A DNA stretch of 60,953 nt from an uncultured Nitrososphaerota archaeon (GCA_964518475.1 CAZFGR010000011.1:1-60953); one strand, 5' to 3'; counted from the stretch's first letter, positions 10,011-20,092 are shown. Made by a program: numbers and translations. The notes: generated by a model from the sequence alone, not told the origin.

Positions 10011-11038
10011 AGAGGGTGCTGTCTTTGGCTATGCTTTTCAGACCTAGGCAATTTCCCCGTAGATACAGAGATTTAGCGGAGAAAATTAGGCAGAACAGAC
10101 CCCGATTAGATACTATCTGTAATGTGTATCGAGGAATATGGACAGGAGTATTGCACGTTTTCGTAGTTGATGACACCATTATTGAAGAGTGGAGATTGGA
10201 AAAAGATGCTTTGCGACCTATCTTAAGAGGAAAAGATATCGGGCCTTTTAGATACAAATGGAATCATAAATGGGTAATATACACGGAGCAAGAGGATTTC
10301 GAGAAACGATTTCCTAGGGTCATTAAGTACTTGGAACAATTCAAAATTATTCTTGAACGAAGAAGCGCTGTTTGGATATATGGTAGAAAATGGTGGGAGT
10401 TGGAAGATCCATTATCTCCTAAGATGTTCGAAGTTGAGAAGATAATGTCCCCTTACATCTCCCGTTTCAACGCTTTTACATATGAAGAAGGAAAATATTA
10501 CGCGATGGATAGCACGGTAATTATTCGTTTCTGGTTTGATACTGAGGAAGTGAGAGACTACATAGTAAAGTGGAAGGAGACTAATGAGCCAGAATTGGAT
10601 GTTGAGAAATTCTTGCAGGAGGGAGAAATTCTCTTAAGCGAGTTGGAGAGAGATAGGAATGCGTTACTCTACCTATTAGGTATCCTTAACTCTGACTTGA
10701 TTGAGTTTTACTATAAGTTATATGCTCAGAGAGTAACGAGACGAGGGAGCAGACAGCCGAAAGGAAAATACTACCTCTATGTACCACCGTATCTCAATGT
10801 ATTACCCATACATATAGGTAGTAAGGAGGAGAGACTGGATATTATAAAACAAGTAGAGAAGATATGTAGTGTGGCAAAGAAACTTAATGAAGTGGAGGAG
10901 GGGAGTGAAGAAAAGAAAGAAATTGAGGAAGAAATGGGCAGATTGATGGGAGAATTAAATGAGACTGTATATAACTTGTACGGTTTAAACGAGGAGGAAA
11001 AGGCAATAATTCAGACATTTGTTCTTAAAAAGAGGTGA
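10007..11038 (+). CDS. stand-alone TaqI-like C-terminal target-recognition domain of type IIG / gamma-MTase RM enzymes
   Basis: RGIWTG, PILRGKDIGPF, YLEQFKIILERR, WWEL, YLLGILNS, LNVLPI, VYNLYGLNEEE; no FxGxG/NPPY motifs. Confidence 0.75.
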   Translation: MKRVLSLAMLFRPRQFPRRYRDLAEKIRQNRPRLDTICNVYRGIWTGVLHVFVVDDTIIEEWRLEKDALRPILRGKDIGPFRYKWNHKWVIYTEQEDFEKRFPRVIKYLEQFKIILERRSAVWIYGRKWWELEDPLSPKMFEVEKIMSPYISRFNAFTYEEGKYYAMDSTVIIRFWFDTEEVRDYIVKWKETNEPELDVEKFLQEGEILLSELERDRNALLYLLGILNSDLIEFYYKLYAQRVTRRGSRQPKGKYYLYVPPYLNVLPIHIGSKEERLDIIKQVEKICSVAKKLNEVEEGSEEKKEIEEEMGRLMGELNETVYNLYGLNEEEKAIIQTFVLKKR

Positions 11039-11040
11039 GA

Positions 11041-11379
11041 TCAGGTCACTCTAAATCGATACATTTGGGCGTGAGGAATTTTTTCTCCCTTCTCATCTTC
11101 AAAGAAAATTTTTGCATGAGGATGTATTAAACCTAATTCCTCTGCTAATGAGACTACTTTTTGCCCCATTAAATTTAGGACGTCAGCCTCTAGCATCAAA
11201 CTGATTAGCTCCTCTTTATTGACTAATCTTTCGCCATAGAACCTTCGAGACACTTTAATGGTTAGGTTTTGCCTACGCAGTTCTTTTTCTAGTAGTTCCT
11301 TATCACAAGCAGCTAGTATGAGCCCATAATTCTCATCACGTATCTCTCTAATCCAAGCAAATTCCTCGTGTTCTTCCAA
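11041..11379 (-). CDS. DUF424 family protein
   Basis: LAACDKELL..., FYG, ADVLNLMG, IPHAQ. Confidence 0.85.
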   Translation of the reverse strand: MEEHEEFAWIREIRDENYGLILAACDKELLEKELRRQNLTIKVSRRFYGERLVNKEELISLMLEADVLNLMGQKVVSLAEELGLIHPHAKIFFEDEKGEKIPHAQMYRFRVT

Positions 11380-11461
11380 CTAGATCCCTTTTCTAAAGTA
11401 AAAAGTGTATGAATCTTGGCAATATGCACGTCTTAGTTACCTTAGACCTAGATAGATATCG

Positions 11462-12310
11462 CTATAATACCTTTTTTATTTCTGCTCTTATTACTATGTG
11501 AATTTTATTGGGAGCCACGCCTTTGACCTTCTGGGTGTGTATTTTGATTACTTTATATCCGTTTTTTCTGATAAGGTCTCTAAGATATTCAACCTCGTAA
11601 TGCTTATTCTCTCTCTTAGTCGCTACATGGTAATGAAGCATTCCTCCCTCTGGAGTAATCGCTCTAATTCCAATGGATATTTGATACTTGTCCGGTCTTG
11701 GTAGAAAACCCAGTAATACATGGTCAGCTATTTCTTCGATATCCCAAAAATGATTATCGATCATAAGCGCGCATATTATGTTAGAAACCTTGTTTAGACG
11801 AATATTATCTAGGAGAAAACTATATGCTAGTGGATTCAGTTCTAAAGCATATATCCGTTTAGGTTTCACGTTAACAGCTATTGGCATGGATAAATTGCCG
11901 CAACACGCAAACATGTCGAGAACTGTATCGGACTTACTAACAATTTTTATTAGTCTTTCCCGCTCCCCAGAATTTCCAGGACTAAATGTTAATTTCGATA
12001 TATCTAATTTAAAGTACGTATTTAATTCTCTATGAATAACAATTGGATTACAATCTCCCGCTACACATACATAGTGAGGTGCTCTATAAACTCCTTCAGC
12101 CTTCCCCTTTTTGACCCAAACACTTCTTGCATTAGTAAGTAAGTTCAATAATTCTTCAGCGATAATCTTGGAAAATGGTACTAAGTTCTGACGAAGATGG
12201 AGTAGAACAGCACCACCTATTATCGGATATCTGGATGGAAGGTAATCTAAAAGTTCCTTTGGTATTTTTTCTTTTAATCTACTTTTTAATAGTTCTTTAA
12301 GAGAAGCCAC
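11462..12310 (-). CDS. Met-10+/Taw2 (TYW2)-like SAM-dependent tRNA-modifying transferase
   Basis: LDISKLTFSPGNSGERERL, DMFACCGNLS, ELNP, GGMLHYH. Confidence 0.8.
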   Translation of the reverse strand: MASLKELLKSRLKEKIPKELLDYLPSRYPIIGGAVLLHLRQNLVPFSKIIAEELLNLLTNARSVWVKKGKAEGVYRAPHYVCVAGDCNPIVIHRELNTYFKLDISKLTFSPGNSGERERLIKIVSKSDTVLDMFACCGNLSMPIAVNVKPKRIYALELNPLAYSFLLDNIRLNKVSNIICALMIDNHFWDIEEIADHVLLGFLPRPDKYQISIGIRAITPEGGMLHYHVATKRENKHYEVEYLRDLIRKNGYKVIKIHTQKVKGVAPNKIHIVIRAEIKKVL

Positions 12311-12321
12311 GAGTAAATCCC

Positions 12322-12558
12322 CTAGATCTGTAATAGAAGATTTCTAAATTCCTTGCATAGTTTCTTTCTATCTTTTCTGGGTAGGTTTTTCAGAGATTCG
12401 CAATAGACGGTTAATAAGCGTGCCTTATAAACCCTTTTCTCAACCATACTCTTTGCTTTTGAATATTCCTCAAGAATTTTAAGTGCTTGTTTGCGATAAG
12501 GCTCAGAAGCGTTCATAATAATATTTTTCACTTTCTTCCAAGCAACATCTGTACTCAA
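12322..12558 (-). CDS. small basic hypothetical protein
   Basis: 78-aa ORF, GGGG SD, co-oriented with Taw2-like gene. Confidence 0.6.
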   Translation of the reverse strand: MSTDVAWKKVKNIIMNASEPYRKQALKILEEYSKAKSMVEKRVYKARLLTVYCESLKNLPRKDRKKLCKEFRNLLLQI

Positions 12559-12575
12559 TTTTTACCCCCAAGATT

Positions 12576-12629
12576 TCAGCGATGCCGGCTCTCTTCATTA
12601 CTGAATCCGAGCACGTAGTTCCTCATCAT
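12576..12629 (-). ncRNA. box C/D guide sRNA
   Basis: ATGATGA-ggaactacgtgct-CGGA-ttcagta-ATGAAGA-gagccggcatcg-CTGA; D guide pairs with LSU rRNA CGAUGUCGGCUC (one G.U). Confidence 0.88.
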
Positions 12630-12726
12630 CAAACTATTTAAATTCATCAACCTGTAAAGTGTAGTAGTTATAACTGTCTCCTTATCTTAGAAACTAAAAA
12701 CATTGTATTAGCTTATTTAAGGGCTG

Positions 12727-13743
12727 ATGTTATTGCCTAGACTACCTAAGGATTTTCCATTCGAAAATGATGAAAGCTTAATATACAAGACGGAAAAAAT
12801 AGAGACAAATCCAAACTGGGGACATTGGCCAGATAAGAGACCAATAGAAGAACATATCCGTTTTGGAGTAATTAACCTTGATAAACCACCGAATTTAACG
12901 AGCCATGAAGTATCCGCTTATATAGCCAAGTTGCTAAGTCTCAATAAAGTAGCACATGGAGGAACATTGGACCCAGGAGTTAGTGGTATTCTTCCTATCG
13001 CGTTAGAGAGAGCTACACCAATAGCGCGTACATGGCTTCCTAGTGACAAGATCTATGTTGTTGCGATGCGTCTACATAAGCAAGTGGATGAAGAAAAAGT
13101 AAAAAAGGTATTGAAGGAGTTTGAGGGACCCATATACCAGAGACCACCTTTAAGATCAGCTGTTGTTAGGAGAACTAGGATTAGACGTATTTACAAGATA
13201 GATTATCTAGAGATGCTAGAAAGAGATGTATTATTCATTGTTCATTGTCAGGCAGGCACTTATATGAGAAAACTCTGCACAGATATTGGTGATGTACTAG
13301 GCGTCGGAGCTCATATGATTGATTTACGCAGACTGAAAAGTGGTCCGTTTTACGAAGATGATACTTTACGTACATTACAGGATTTAGTAGATGCGTGGAC
13401 ACTGTTTAAGGAAGAAGGTAATGAGACCGCGTTAAGAGACGTTATTCTTCCTGCAGAAGTAGGAATTCTTCACCTACCTAGAATAATCATAAATGATGGT
13501 GCCGTAGGTGCTCTAACTTATGGGGCACAATTATATGTTCCTGGGATCGTTGCTTTCTCTTCCAACATAAAGAAAGGCGATCTTGTAGCAATTTTAACTG
13601 TAAAAGGAGAGCTTGTTGGACTAGCGAGGGTCATACTTGATGCTGAGGAGATAAAGAGGAAGGAGAAGGGTCAAGTGACTGATGATACTAGGATTTTAAT
13701 GCCAAGGAATCTTTATCCTCCAATGTGGAAAAAGAAAGTATAG
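12727..13743 (+). CDS. cbf5: H/ACA RNA-guided pseudouridine synthase Cbf5 (TruB family)
   Basis: INLDKP, HGGTLDPGVSG, QRPPLRSAV, GTYMRKLC, C-terminal PUA domain. Confidence 0.97.
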   Translation: MLLPRLPKDFPFENDESLIYKTEKIETNPNWGHWPDKRPIEEHIRFGVINLDKPPNLTSHEVSAYIAKLLSLNKVAHGGTLDPGVSGILPIALERATPIARTWLPSDKIYVVAMRLHKQVDEEKVKKVLKEFEGPIYQRPPLRSAVVRRTRIRRIYKIDYLEMLERDVLFIVHCQAGTYMRKLCTDIGDVLGVGAHMIDLRRLKSGPFYEDDTLRTLQDLVDAWTLFKEEGNETALRDVILPAEVGILHLPRIIINDGAVGALTYGAQLYVPGIVAFSSNIKKGDLVAILTVKGELVGLARVILDAEEIKRKEKGQVTDDTRILMPRNLYPPMWKKKV

Positions 13744-13748
13744 GTACG

Positions 13749-13805
13749 TCAGAGAAGTATAGTGTGTCATCATTAATGTTTTTCAGAGCTCGAGACCATC
13801 ATCAT
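13749..13805 (-). ncRNA. box C/D guide sRNA
   Basis: ATGATGA-tggtctcgagct-CTGA-aaaacatta-ATGATGA-cacactatacttct-CTGA; four consensus boxes. Confidence 0.9.
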
Positions 13806-13897
13806 AAATTCTTAATAATTCGTGGAATCTAATGCCAAAAGAAATTATACTCTCTCATACATGGCTTTAAATTTAGTTTTTGGGAAGAGATGGTTGG

Positions 13898-13945
13898 TCA
13901 GAACTGCGACTCTTCTTCATAAATCCGTATCGTGATAGTCATCAT
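13898..13945 (-). ncRNA. box C/D guide sRNA
   Basis: ATGATGA-ctatcacgata-CGGA-ttt-ATGAAGA-agagtcgcagtt-CTGA; D guide resembles the complement of LSU helix 69 (AACUnnGACUCU). Confidence 0.85.
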
Positions 13946-13993
13946 TCCTGATTTTTCTGACAAATTATTGTCCTGTTTTGGAAGGTTTATTCA

Positions 13994-14533
13994 TTAGAGA
14001 GTATTTCGAGTTAGTTTTTTAAGTTGATCTTCGCGCAGGAAGATATCTAGGAAGACTATATCTTCATAAGCTATGTCCATTTGAAGAAGTATGTCTAGTA
14101 GCTTATTGTAGTGTTCTGGCTTGATTAAAATAGCGTGAGAGCAAATAGTTATTGAGTTCACTGATGTTGTTAGTACTGAGAGGATGTTCTCTCTTAGGGG
14201 GTAAGGGAATACAACGAGTTTATAGGATAATATTTTCCTTTTCTTTACGGTTTTCTTCTGATAGATTATTATACCATTGTTTAGGATGTTCCTTAATTCT
14301 TCGTGATTTTTTAGGGATGTTAGAGGTAATATATCCACAAGTATTTTTTTCTTGCTTTCTTTCTCTAGAATCTTCCTTAGACCTTTTAGTGCCATTTCTA
14401 CTCTAGAGGTATCTCCATCCACTATTATTTTAAGCCGAAGCAGTTCTTTGTTATTGCTTTTTTCAATGATTATAGAGTGTATCTCTGGCAATATCTGAGC
14501 TAATCGAATTAACCGTCTTAGTCCCGTAGCCAT
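13994..14533 (-). CDS. hypothetical protein, possibly degenerate minimal nucleotidyltransferase fold (start revised to MATG at 14533)
   Basis: Longer called start overlaps divergent gene; ILNNGIIIY resembles MNT C-terminal motif, but no GS/DxD. Confidence 0.55.
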   Translation of the reverse strand: MATGLRRLIRLAQILPEIHSIIIEKSNNKELLRLKIIVDGDTSRVEMALKGLRKILEKESKKKILVDILPLTSLKNHEELRNILNNGIIIYQKKTVKKRKILSYKLVVFPYPLRENILSVLTTSVNSITICSHAILIKPEHYNKLLDILLQMDIAYEDIVFLDIFLREDQLKKLTRNTL

Positions 14534-14622
14534 GTTTGATCCTTCGGTGAGCAATAGTAAAATGAATAAACGTTTTTTCTGGTTAAAATATACCTCTTTC
14601 GAAAATAACGTGGTGAAGAGAT

Positions 14623-15528
14623 TTGAAAGTTGCGACACATAAGGAGGATATTGATGGCATCGTTTCAGCAGCCCTATTTTTGATCAAGTATCCCGACGCC
14701 AAGATAGAGTTTTTATCGGTAAAAGAAGCTATGGAAACCGAGGACTTTTTTGACTACGTAGTCGATCTTCCGAAAACGAAAAATTGTAGGATAAACATTG
14801 ATCATCATGAAACAAACTATCATAGATTAGTCTCTGAAGGATTGTTGAGCGAAAATGATGTGGTAGATCCTTCCTCCCCCTCTGCTGCTAGACTTGTAGC
14901 AGAGACCTTAGGATTAATGAATAATAAGATAGCTGAGGAATTAGTGAGAATGGCTGATCTAGCAGATAAGGGAAAAATGGATAACAAGTTAAGACTGCTA
15001 GATTATGTGATAAAACTTAACCTAAACAATAAAGAGGTTCTAGAAAAAATAGCTAGAGTCCTAGCTCGTTATGGATCTAATTTTGATAAGGATATTTGGC
15101 TCAGTAAAGAACTTGAAAAAGCCCAGAAACTTGCCAACGAAATTTTAGGAAAAGTGACGAGAGATATAGAGAAATTGATTAAGCGGGGAATAGAATATGC
15201 TGTCTTAGATTGCCGAGACATACCCTTCTTTGTAGTAAAAGAAGTAGCACAATATTTTCTATTTAAAGGCGGAAAAGCTGTAGGGGTAATATATACCGAT
15301 CCCGATACTGGAAAAGATAGATTATCTTTGAGAATTAGCACGAAATCAGAGCTGAAAGCCAATGAAATAGCCGAAAAGATTGGAGGCGGCGGTCATCTAA
15401 AGGCAGCCGGTGCCATCTTTGAAAGAGAGGAGCTCCATAGAGTAATAGGTCTTCTAATGCAAGCCTTTTCTAAAGAGAATAAAACAGTGGTCTTCTATAC
15501 ATTAAAGATAGGCAATAGGAGAGTGTAG
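14623..15528 (+). CDS. DHH family phosphoesterase with DHHA1 domain
   Basis: HKEDIDG, VVD, IDHH, GGGGHLKAAG. Confidence 0.88.
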   Translation: MKVATHKEDIDGIVSAALFLIKYPDAKIEFLSVKEAMETEDFFDYVVDLPKTKNCRINIDHHETNYHRLVSEGLLSENDVVDPSSPSAARLVAETLGLMNNKIAEELVRMADLADKGKMDNKLRLLDYVIKLNLNNKEVLEKIARVLARYGSNFDKDIWLSKELEKAQKLANEILGKVTRDIEKLIKRGIEYAVLDCRDIPFFVVKEVAQYFLFKGGKAVGVIYTDPDTGKDRLSLRISTKSELKANEIAEKIGGGGHLKAAGAIFEREELHRVIGLLMQAFSKENKTVVFYTLKIGNRRV

Positions 15529-15531
15529 AAA

Positions 15532-16317
15532 ATGATCACAATAATTAAACTTGGTGGGAGTGCGATAACTTACAAAGAAGAGCGCATGAAACCGAGAATT
15601 GATATCATAGACATGATAGCAAGAGAGCTAAAATCCTATTGGTATGAGAAAGAAAAAGACGAGAGTATAATAATTGTTCATGGTGGAGGTTCGTTTGGCC
15701 ATCCATTAGCGAAGGACTACAAGCTAAATGAGGGGCTTAAAAATGATGAATCAATGATTGGTGCATCAGAAACTATAGATGCTATGAGAGTTCTTAGCCT
15801 AATAGTCTCTAACACATTAAGAAGATATGGCCTCCCTGTATTCCCGATACAATCCTCCAGTATTGTTATAAAGAGAAACAGAAAGATAGTATCCTTTCAC
15901 AAAGAGATAATAACAGCAATTATTGAAAAGGGATTCATGCCCCTACTCTGGGGAGATGTTACTATTGATAAAGAATTAGGAGTATGTATAGTTAGTGGGG
16001 ACGAGATAATACTTGCTCTCTCAGAATTTCTAGATGTTTCAAGAGTCGTATTCGGAACTGATGTAGATGGCGTGTACAAAGATTTAACAACAGGCGAGAT
16101 TTACAAAAAAATTCTGCCAAGTGATTTTGAGAAAGCTCTAAGAAACATTAAATCTATAGCTTCAAAAGACGTAACAGGTGGTATGAAAGCAAAATTAGAA
16201 GTAGCTTTTTCTATAGCTCGCAAAGGCGTTCTTGTCAGGATAATAAATCTCACAAAGCAAAATAATCTTCTTAAAGCATTAAGAAATGAGGATGTGGGTA
16301 CTCTCATACAGTTTTAG
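15532..16317 (+). CDS. isopentenyl phosphate kinase
   Basis: KLGGSAITYK, HGGGSFGHPLA, SGDEI, DVTGGMKAKL. Confidence 0.9.
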   Translation: MITIIKLGGSAITYKEERMKPRIDIIDMIARELKSYWYEKEKDESIIIVHGGGSFGHPLAKDYKLNEGLKNDESMIGASETIDAMRVLSLIVSNTLRRYGLPVFPIQSSSIVIKRNRKIVSFHKEIITAIIEKGFMPLLWGDVTIDKELGVCIVSGDEIILALSEFLDVSRVVFGTDVDGVYKDLTTGEIYKKILPSDFEKALRNIKSIASKDVTGGMKAKLEVAFSIARKGVLVRIINLTKQNNLLKALRNEDVGTLIQF

Positions 16318-16347
16318 TAGAGTTTGATATGATAAATTTCTAGAAAG

Positions 16348-17379
16348 ATGATAGAAATGAAGCACTTGCCTCTAGGCAAATTACCAATGAATACTTTAAA
16401 AAAATGCGTTTTGTCGCACGTAATTGTTGATTCAAGTGTTTTACTTCCTCCAAGAGTGGGGGAAGATGGGACTGTATTAAAACTTTCTGACAACTTAATA
16501 ATTGCTGCAGCGGATCCTATCACAGGTGCCACTGAAAAAGCTGGTTGGTTATCTGTTCATGTTAATGCAAATGATGTTGCAGTACACGCCGCTTACCCGA
16601 GATGGTTCTTAGTAACTATTCTTCTACCCGAGGGAGCTAATGAGCCGCTTATCGAGGACATAATGAATGGGATTCTTAAGGCGTTGCGAGAAGTTGATGC
16701 TTGTCTAGTCGGGGGTCATACAGAAGTGACTTCTCGAGTAGTAGAGCCAGTAATTGTGGGTACTATGATTGGCGAACCGATGATAAAGGGGACGTACATA
16801 ACTAGTGGTGGTGCAGAACCAGGGGACGCGATCATACTAACTAAGGGCGCTGGGATCGAAGGTACTCTAATTCTAGCAACGGATTTCAAGGAAAGACTAC
16901 AGAAAGAGGTGGGAGAGGATGTCCTAAACCGTGCATTAATGTATGAGAGAATGATTAGCGTATTACCTGATGTTAAACAGATTATAAAGGTAGGAATCGA
17001 GAACGTTACATCGATGCATGATGCTACAGAAGGCGGTGTATTAGGGGCTGTTTATGAATTGGCTGAAGCTTCTGGAAGAGGTTTTTTGATTTATGAGGAT
17101 AAAGTAATAATCAACCCAGAGACCAGAAGGATCTGTGAAGTGTTAAAGGTCGATCCACTAAAATTGATTAGTAGCGGCTCTTTAATAGCCACCGTAAAGA
17201 AAAACAAAGCGAAAGAAGCAATAGCCTTACTTAGAGCTGCAGGTATAAGAGCTGCAGTAATTGGAAAAATTCTTGAGAGACCTTCTGAAAGAATTCTTGT
17301 AAGAAGAAATGGTGAAGAAGTTTCACTAAAGGAGCCACCCCTTGATGAATTATGGCGGTTATACGAAACTAATGAATGA
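16348..17379 (+). CDS. AIR synthase-related (PurM/HypE-like) protein
   Basis: GEDG, DPITG, NANDVA, GGHTE, MHDATEGG, LISSGSL. Confidence 0.9.
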   Translation: MIEMKHLPLGKLPMNTLKKCVLSHVIVDSSVLLPPRVGEDGTVLKLSDNLIIAAADPITGATEKAGWLSVHVNANDVAVHAAYPRWFLVTILLPEGANEPLIEDIMNGILKALREVDACLVGGHTEVTSRVVEPVIVGTMIGEPMIKGTYITSGGAEPGDAIILTKGAGIEGTLILATDFKERLQKEVGEDVLNRALMYERMISVLPDVKQIIKVGIENVTSMHDATEGGVLGAVYELAEASGRGFLIYEDKVIINPETRRICEVLKVDPLKLISSGSLIATVKKNKAKEAIALLRAAGIRAAVIGKILERPSERILVRRNGEEVSLKEPPLDELWRLYETNE

Positions 17380-17463
17380 TTATTTCCATTCTCCTATGCG
17401 GGTATTTTTTACTTCCAGAAAAATATGTATTAAATGGGGGAGAGTCTTGAGGTGCCATAGTAC

Positions 17464-20055
17464 GTGGATTTACCACTTATGATAATATCATTTTTTGCAA
17501 TAGTTCTGATTTGGATAAAGGTCTTGTCGTCAAATCCAAAAAGGAAACAGTTAGCGCTCATCCATTACAAAACAAGTTATTCAGAAAGTAGATTGTACAT
17601 CTTATTAAGGGAAGAGTTTTGCCGAAAAGTTGGTTTTCTTTTTCTCTCAGTCCAAGGAGGATTGCATGAGAAAGAACTGACTATTTTAGAGGATTTTAAA
17701 GATCTTGTTAGTGTTTTAGAGAGAAAATTGCGATGCAGAATTCTTATCGGCATTTCGAAGATAGATAATGATTTTTTACGATTTCTCGTGATTATGACAA
17801 AATCTTTTTCCCGCACGAGAATTCTTCGTCGTCTATTTACAGCTTATAGACTATTACAAAATATCATCGATCTTTATGGATTGATACTAGAACCCTTAAA
17901 TAAGTACCAATTAAAACAACTTTTCATGCTCTGGAATAAACATAGCATTATTCTTCTTCCTCAAATTAAGAGAAAATATTTGCTCTTTGCTGAGAGGGAA
18001 AATATAGCTACGAACTTAAGTGTGGATAAGATATGGAAATTTGCAACAAGATTTCCAGAGTATTCATGCTTGATAGCAGATCTTTCGATCATTAGAACAC
18101 ATCATTCACCACAGAAAAATGCTTTGTCTGGGAGAAATAGTAGAAAACCCCCTCAATGGAGCGAAACTATTCCTTTCGAAACTCAACTAGTAGCTATCCC
18201 CCGTATGATAATAAGAGTTCCATTTAGTAAACTTCTTGAAAGAACAATCCACATAAGTGAGCTAGAGAATGCTTTTTATTCTTTGTTTCTACCATTAACA
18301 GCTACTTCGAGATATATCATTAAGACAAAAAGAATAGGACTAGTGGATTTTCATGATTTTTTGACTTCCTTAAGCAGTAGAAAGCTAAGAAAACATGTAC
18401 TTCATGCTATTATGGGCTGCTACTCGGCAAAATTGTTTTTTAAGAAATTTTCTGAAGAATTTCTTAAATTCTTTATAACTTTTGGAGAGAGAGTGAATCT
18501 TGATTCAGAGATCTCTGAGACTTTTTCTAAGGGCGATATTTTTATAGGTTATCAGCTAAGAAGAGGGCTTCAAACGATTCCTTTCTTTCTAACTTTGGAT
18601 GATCTAAAAAGACATTTACTCATTCTAGGTCCCTCAGGACAGGGAAAAACTACGCTTGCAAAAATAATAGTAGAGGAGATTAGGAGAAAATTCCCAGATA
18701 TAAAGATCTGGATTATTGATTTTCATGGAGAGTACGTAAATTTCAGAAAAGAAGGATTCAAAGTGGTGTCTCCTGGCTCATTAGATTCTCCACTAGCTAT
18801 TAATATCTTTGATCCGCAAAGCGAGAATGCAGAGACATATGCTATTTTTCTCACCAATTTATTAATAGAAGTCATGAAAACAACGTTAGAGCCCTTATCT
18901 GCTCAGATGGAGCGATTCCTTTCTATGGCTGTTTTTGAAACAATAAGAGATCCTAAGGGAAATCCATTACTGTTTTTAGAGAATTTATGGAGTCTTTGCA
19001 ATCAATTTATTGATGACTTACCATCCTCTATTCAGACATTTCACGCTATAATTAACAGGTTAAGATCAATTTTTTCGGGCATAATGCAAAGAGTGTTCTG
19101 GGTTTCTTCTACCAATTTTAGTGTTAAAGAAATGCTTAATCACAATATTATCTTGGATCTCTCTAATCTAGTAAAAAGGGGAGCTCTCAAACGAGATTTA
19201 ATGCTATTAACTAATATTCTCCTTCGCTATATGATTTCCGAAGTCCTTAATATGCAAAATAATAATTATCCGAGTTCCCTAAAATATCTGGTAGTTATTG
19301 AAGAAGGAAGATACATAGCACCTTGGCGAAGAAGAGACATTGCTAGTGAAACAACAACATTAGAAGATTTCGCTGTCCTAGCCAGGAAATACGGCATCGC
19401 TTTATGCACTATAAGTCAATCTCCCAATGTGTTAAGTGAAGATATAATTGAAAACTGCGGAACATTATTTATCATGGGTGGTGAACCACCCGAAAAAGAA
19501 AGAGGAACGCTTGATGAAAGTATTCTAAAATACCTTATCACGATGCCTCCAGGCGAAGCAATAGTGAAATTATCAACAACCCCTGCTATTCTTCACATTC
19601 GTGTAGAGCAAAGAGATATGAATAATACCAAACAAGATGAGATATTAGAGAGCAACGATTCATTTTCAGAACACTTAAGGGCGAGATACAATCCTCTGAA
19701 CATACCATTTGAGTACGCAGTAAGAAAAATTATAGAAGGTGAAAAGCTATTCGAGAGTGCTATTATACGACGAGAAAAAGAAAATAGTGTTTTCAGTGAT
19801 CTTCTGGAAACACTCATCGAAAATTACGGAGTGGATAATCCAAGAGAATTGAAAGTAAGGATCAGAGATCAACCAGAAATTCTTCTTGGAATTCTTAGAA
19901 GAAACGTTACAACTAATTCTCCTGAAGAGATTAAAAATGTCTTGGAAGCAATATACCGTTCCGATCAGAATGAAAATCTTACTTCCTCAATAGTTTTTTA
20001 CTTAGATCTTCTTGACATAAAACATAGATTATTTAAAACTCTAAATGAAGAATAA
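17464..20055 (+). CDS. membrane-anchored HerA/VirB4-like (DUF87) ATPase
   Basis: N-terminal TM; RHLLILGPSGQGKT, IIDFHGEY, VVIEEG, ARKYG, ISQSP. Confidence 0.82.
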   Translation: MDLPLMIISFFAIVLIWIKVLSSNPKRKQLALIHYKTSYSESRLYILLREEFCRKVGFLFLSVQGGLHEKELTILEDFKDLVSVLERKLRCRILIGISKIDNDFLRFLVIMTKSFSRTRILRRLFTAYRLLQNIIDLYGLILEPLNKYQLKQLFMLWNKHSIILLPQIKRKYLLFAERENIATNLSVDKIWKFATRFPEYSCLIADLSIIRTHHSPQKNALSGRNSRKPPQWSETIPFETQLVAIPRMIIRVPFSKLLERTIHISELENAFYSLFLPLTATSRYIIKTKRIGLVDFHDFLTSLSSRKLRKHVLHAIMGCYSAKLFFKKFSEEFLKFFITFGERVNLDSEISETFSKGDIFIGYQLRRGLQTIPFFLTLDDLKRHLLILGPSGQGKTTLAKIIVEEIRRKFPDIKIWIIDFHGEYVNFRKEGFKVVSPGSLDSPLAINIFDPQSENAETYAIFLTNLLIEVMKTTLEPLSAQMERFLSMAVFETIRDPKGNPLLFLENLWSLCNQFIDDLPSSIQTFHAIINRLRSIFSGIMQRVFWVSSTNFSVKEMLNHNIILDLSNLVKRGALKRDLMLLTNILLRYMISEVLNMQNNNYPSSLKYLVVIEEGRYIAPWRRRDIASETTTLEDFAVLARKYGIALCTISQSPNVLSEDIIENCGTLFIMGGEPPEKERGTLDESILKYLITMPPGEAIVKLSTTPAILHIRVEQRDMNNTKQDEILESNDSFSEHLRARYNPLNIPFEYAVRKIIEGEKLFESAIIRREKENSVFSDLLETLIENYGVDNPRELKVRIRDQPEILLGILRRNVTTNSPEEIKNVLEAIYRSDQNENLTSSIVFYLDLLDIKHRLFKTLNEE

Positions 20056-20092
20056 GCCAACGAAGAAAATTGGAGAACATAATCATCTTCTT

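Noticed and set aside
16348-17379. SelD / selenocysteine system
   Set aside because: Lacks the N-terminal Cys/Sec-x-x-Lys motif; no in-frame TGA read-through candidate or SECIS noticed in the window
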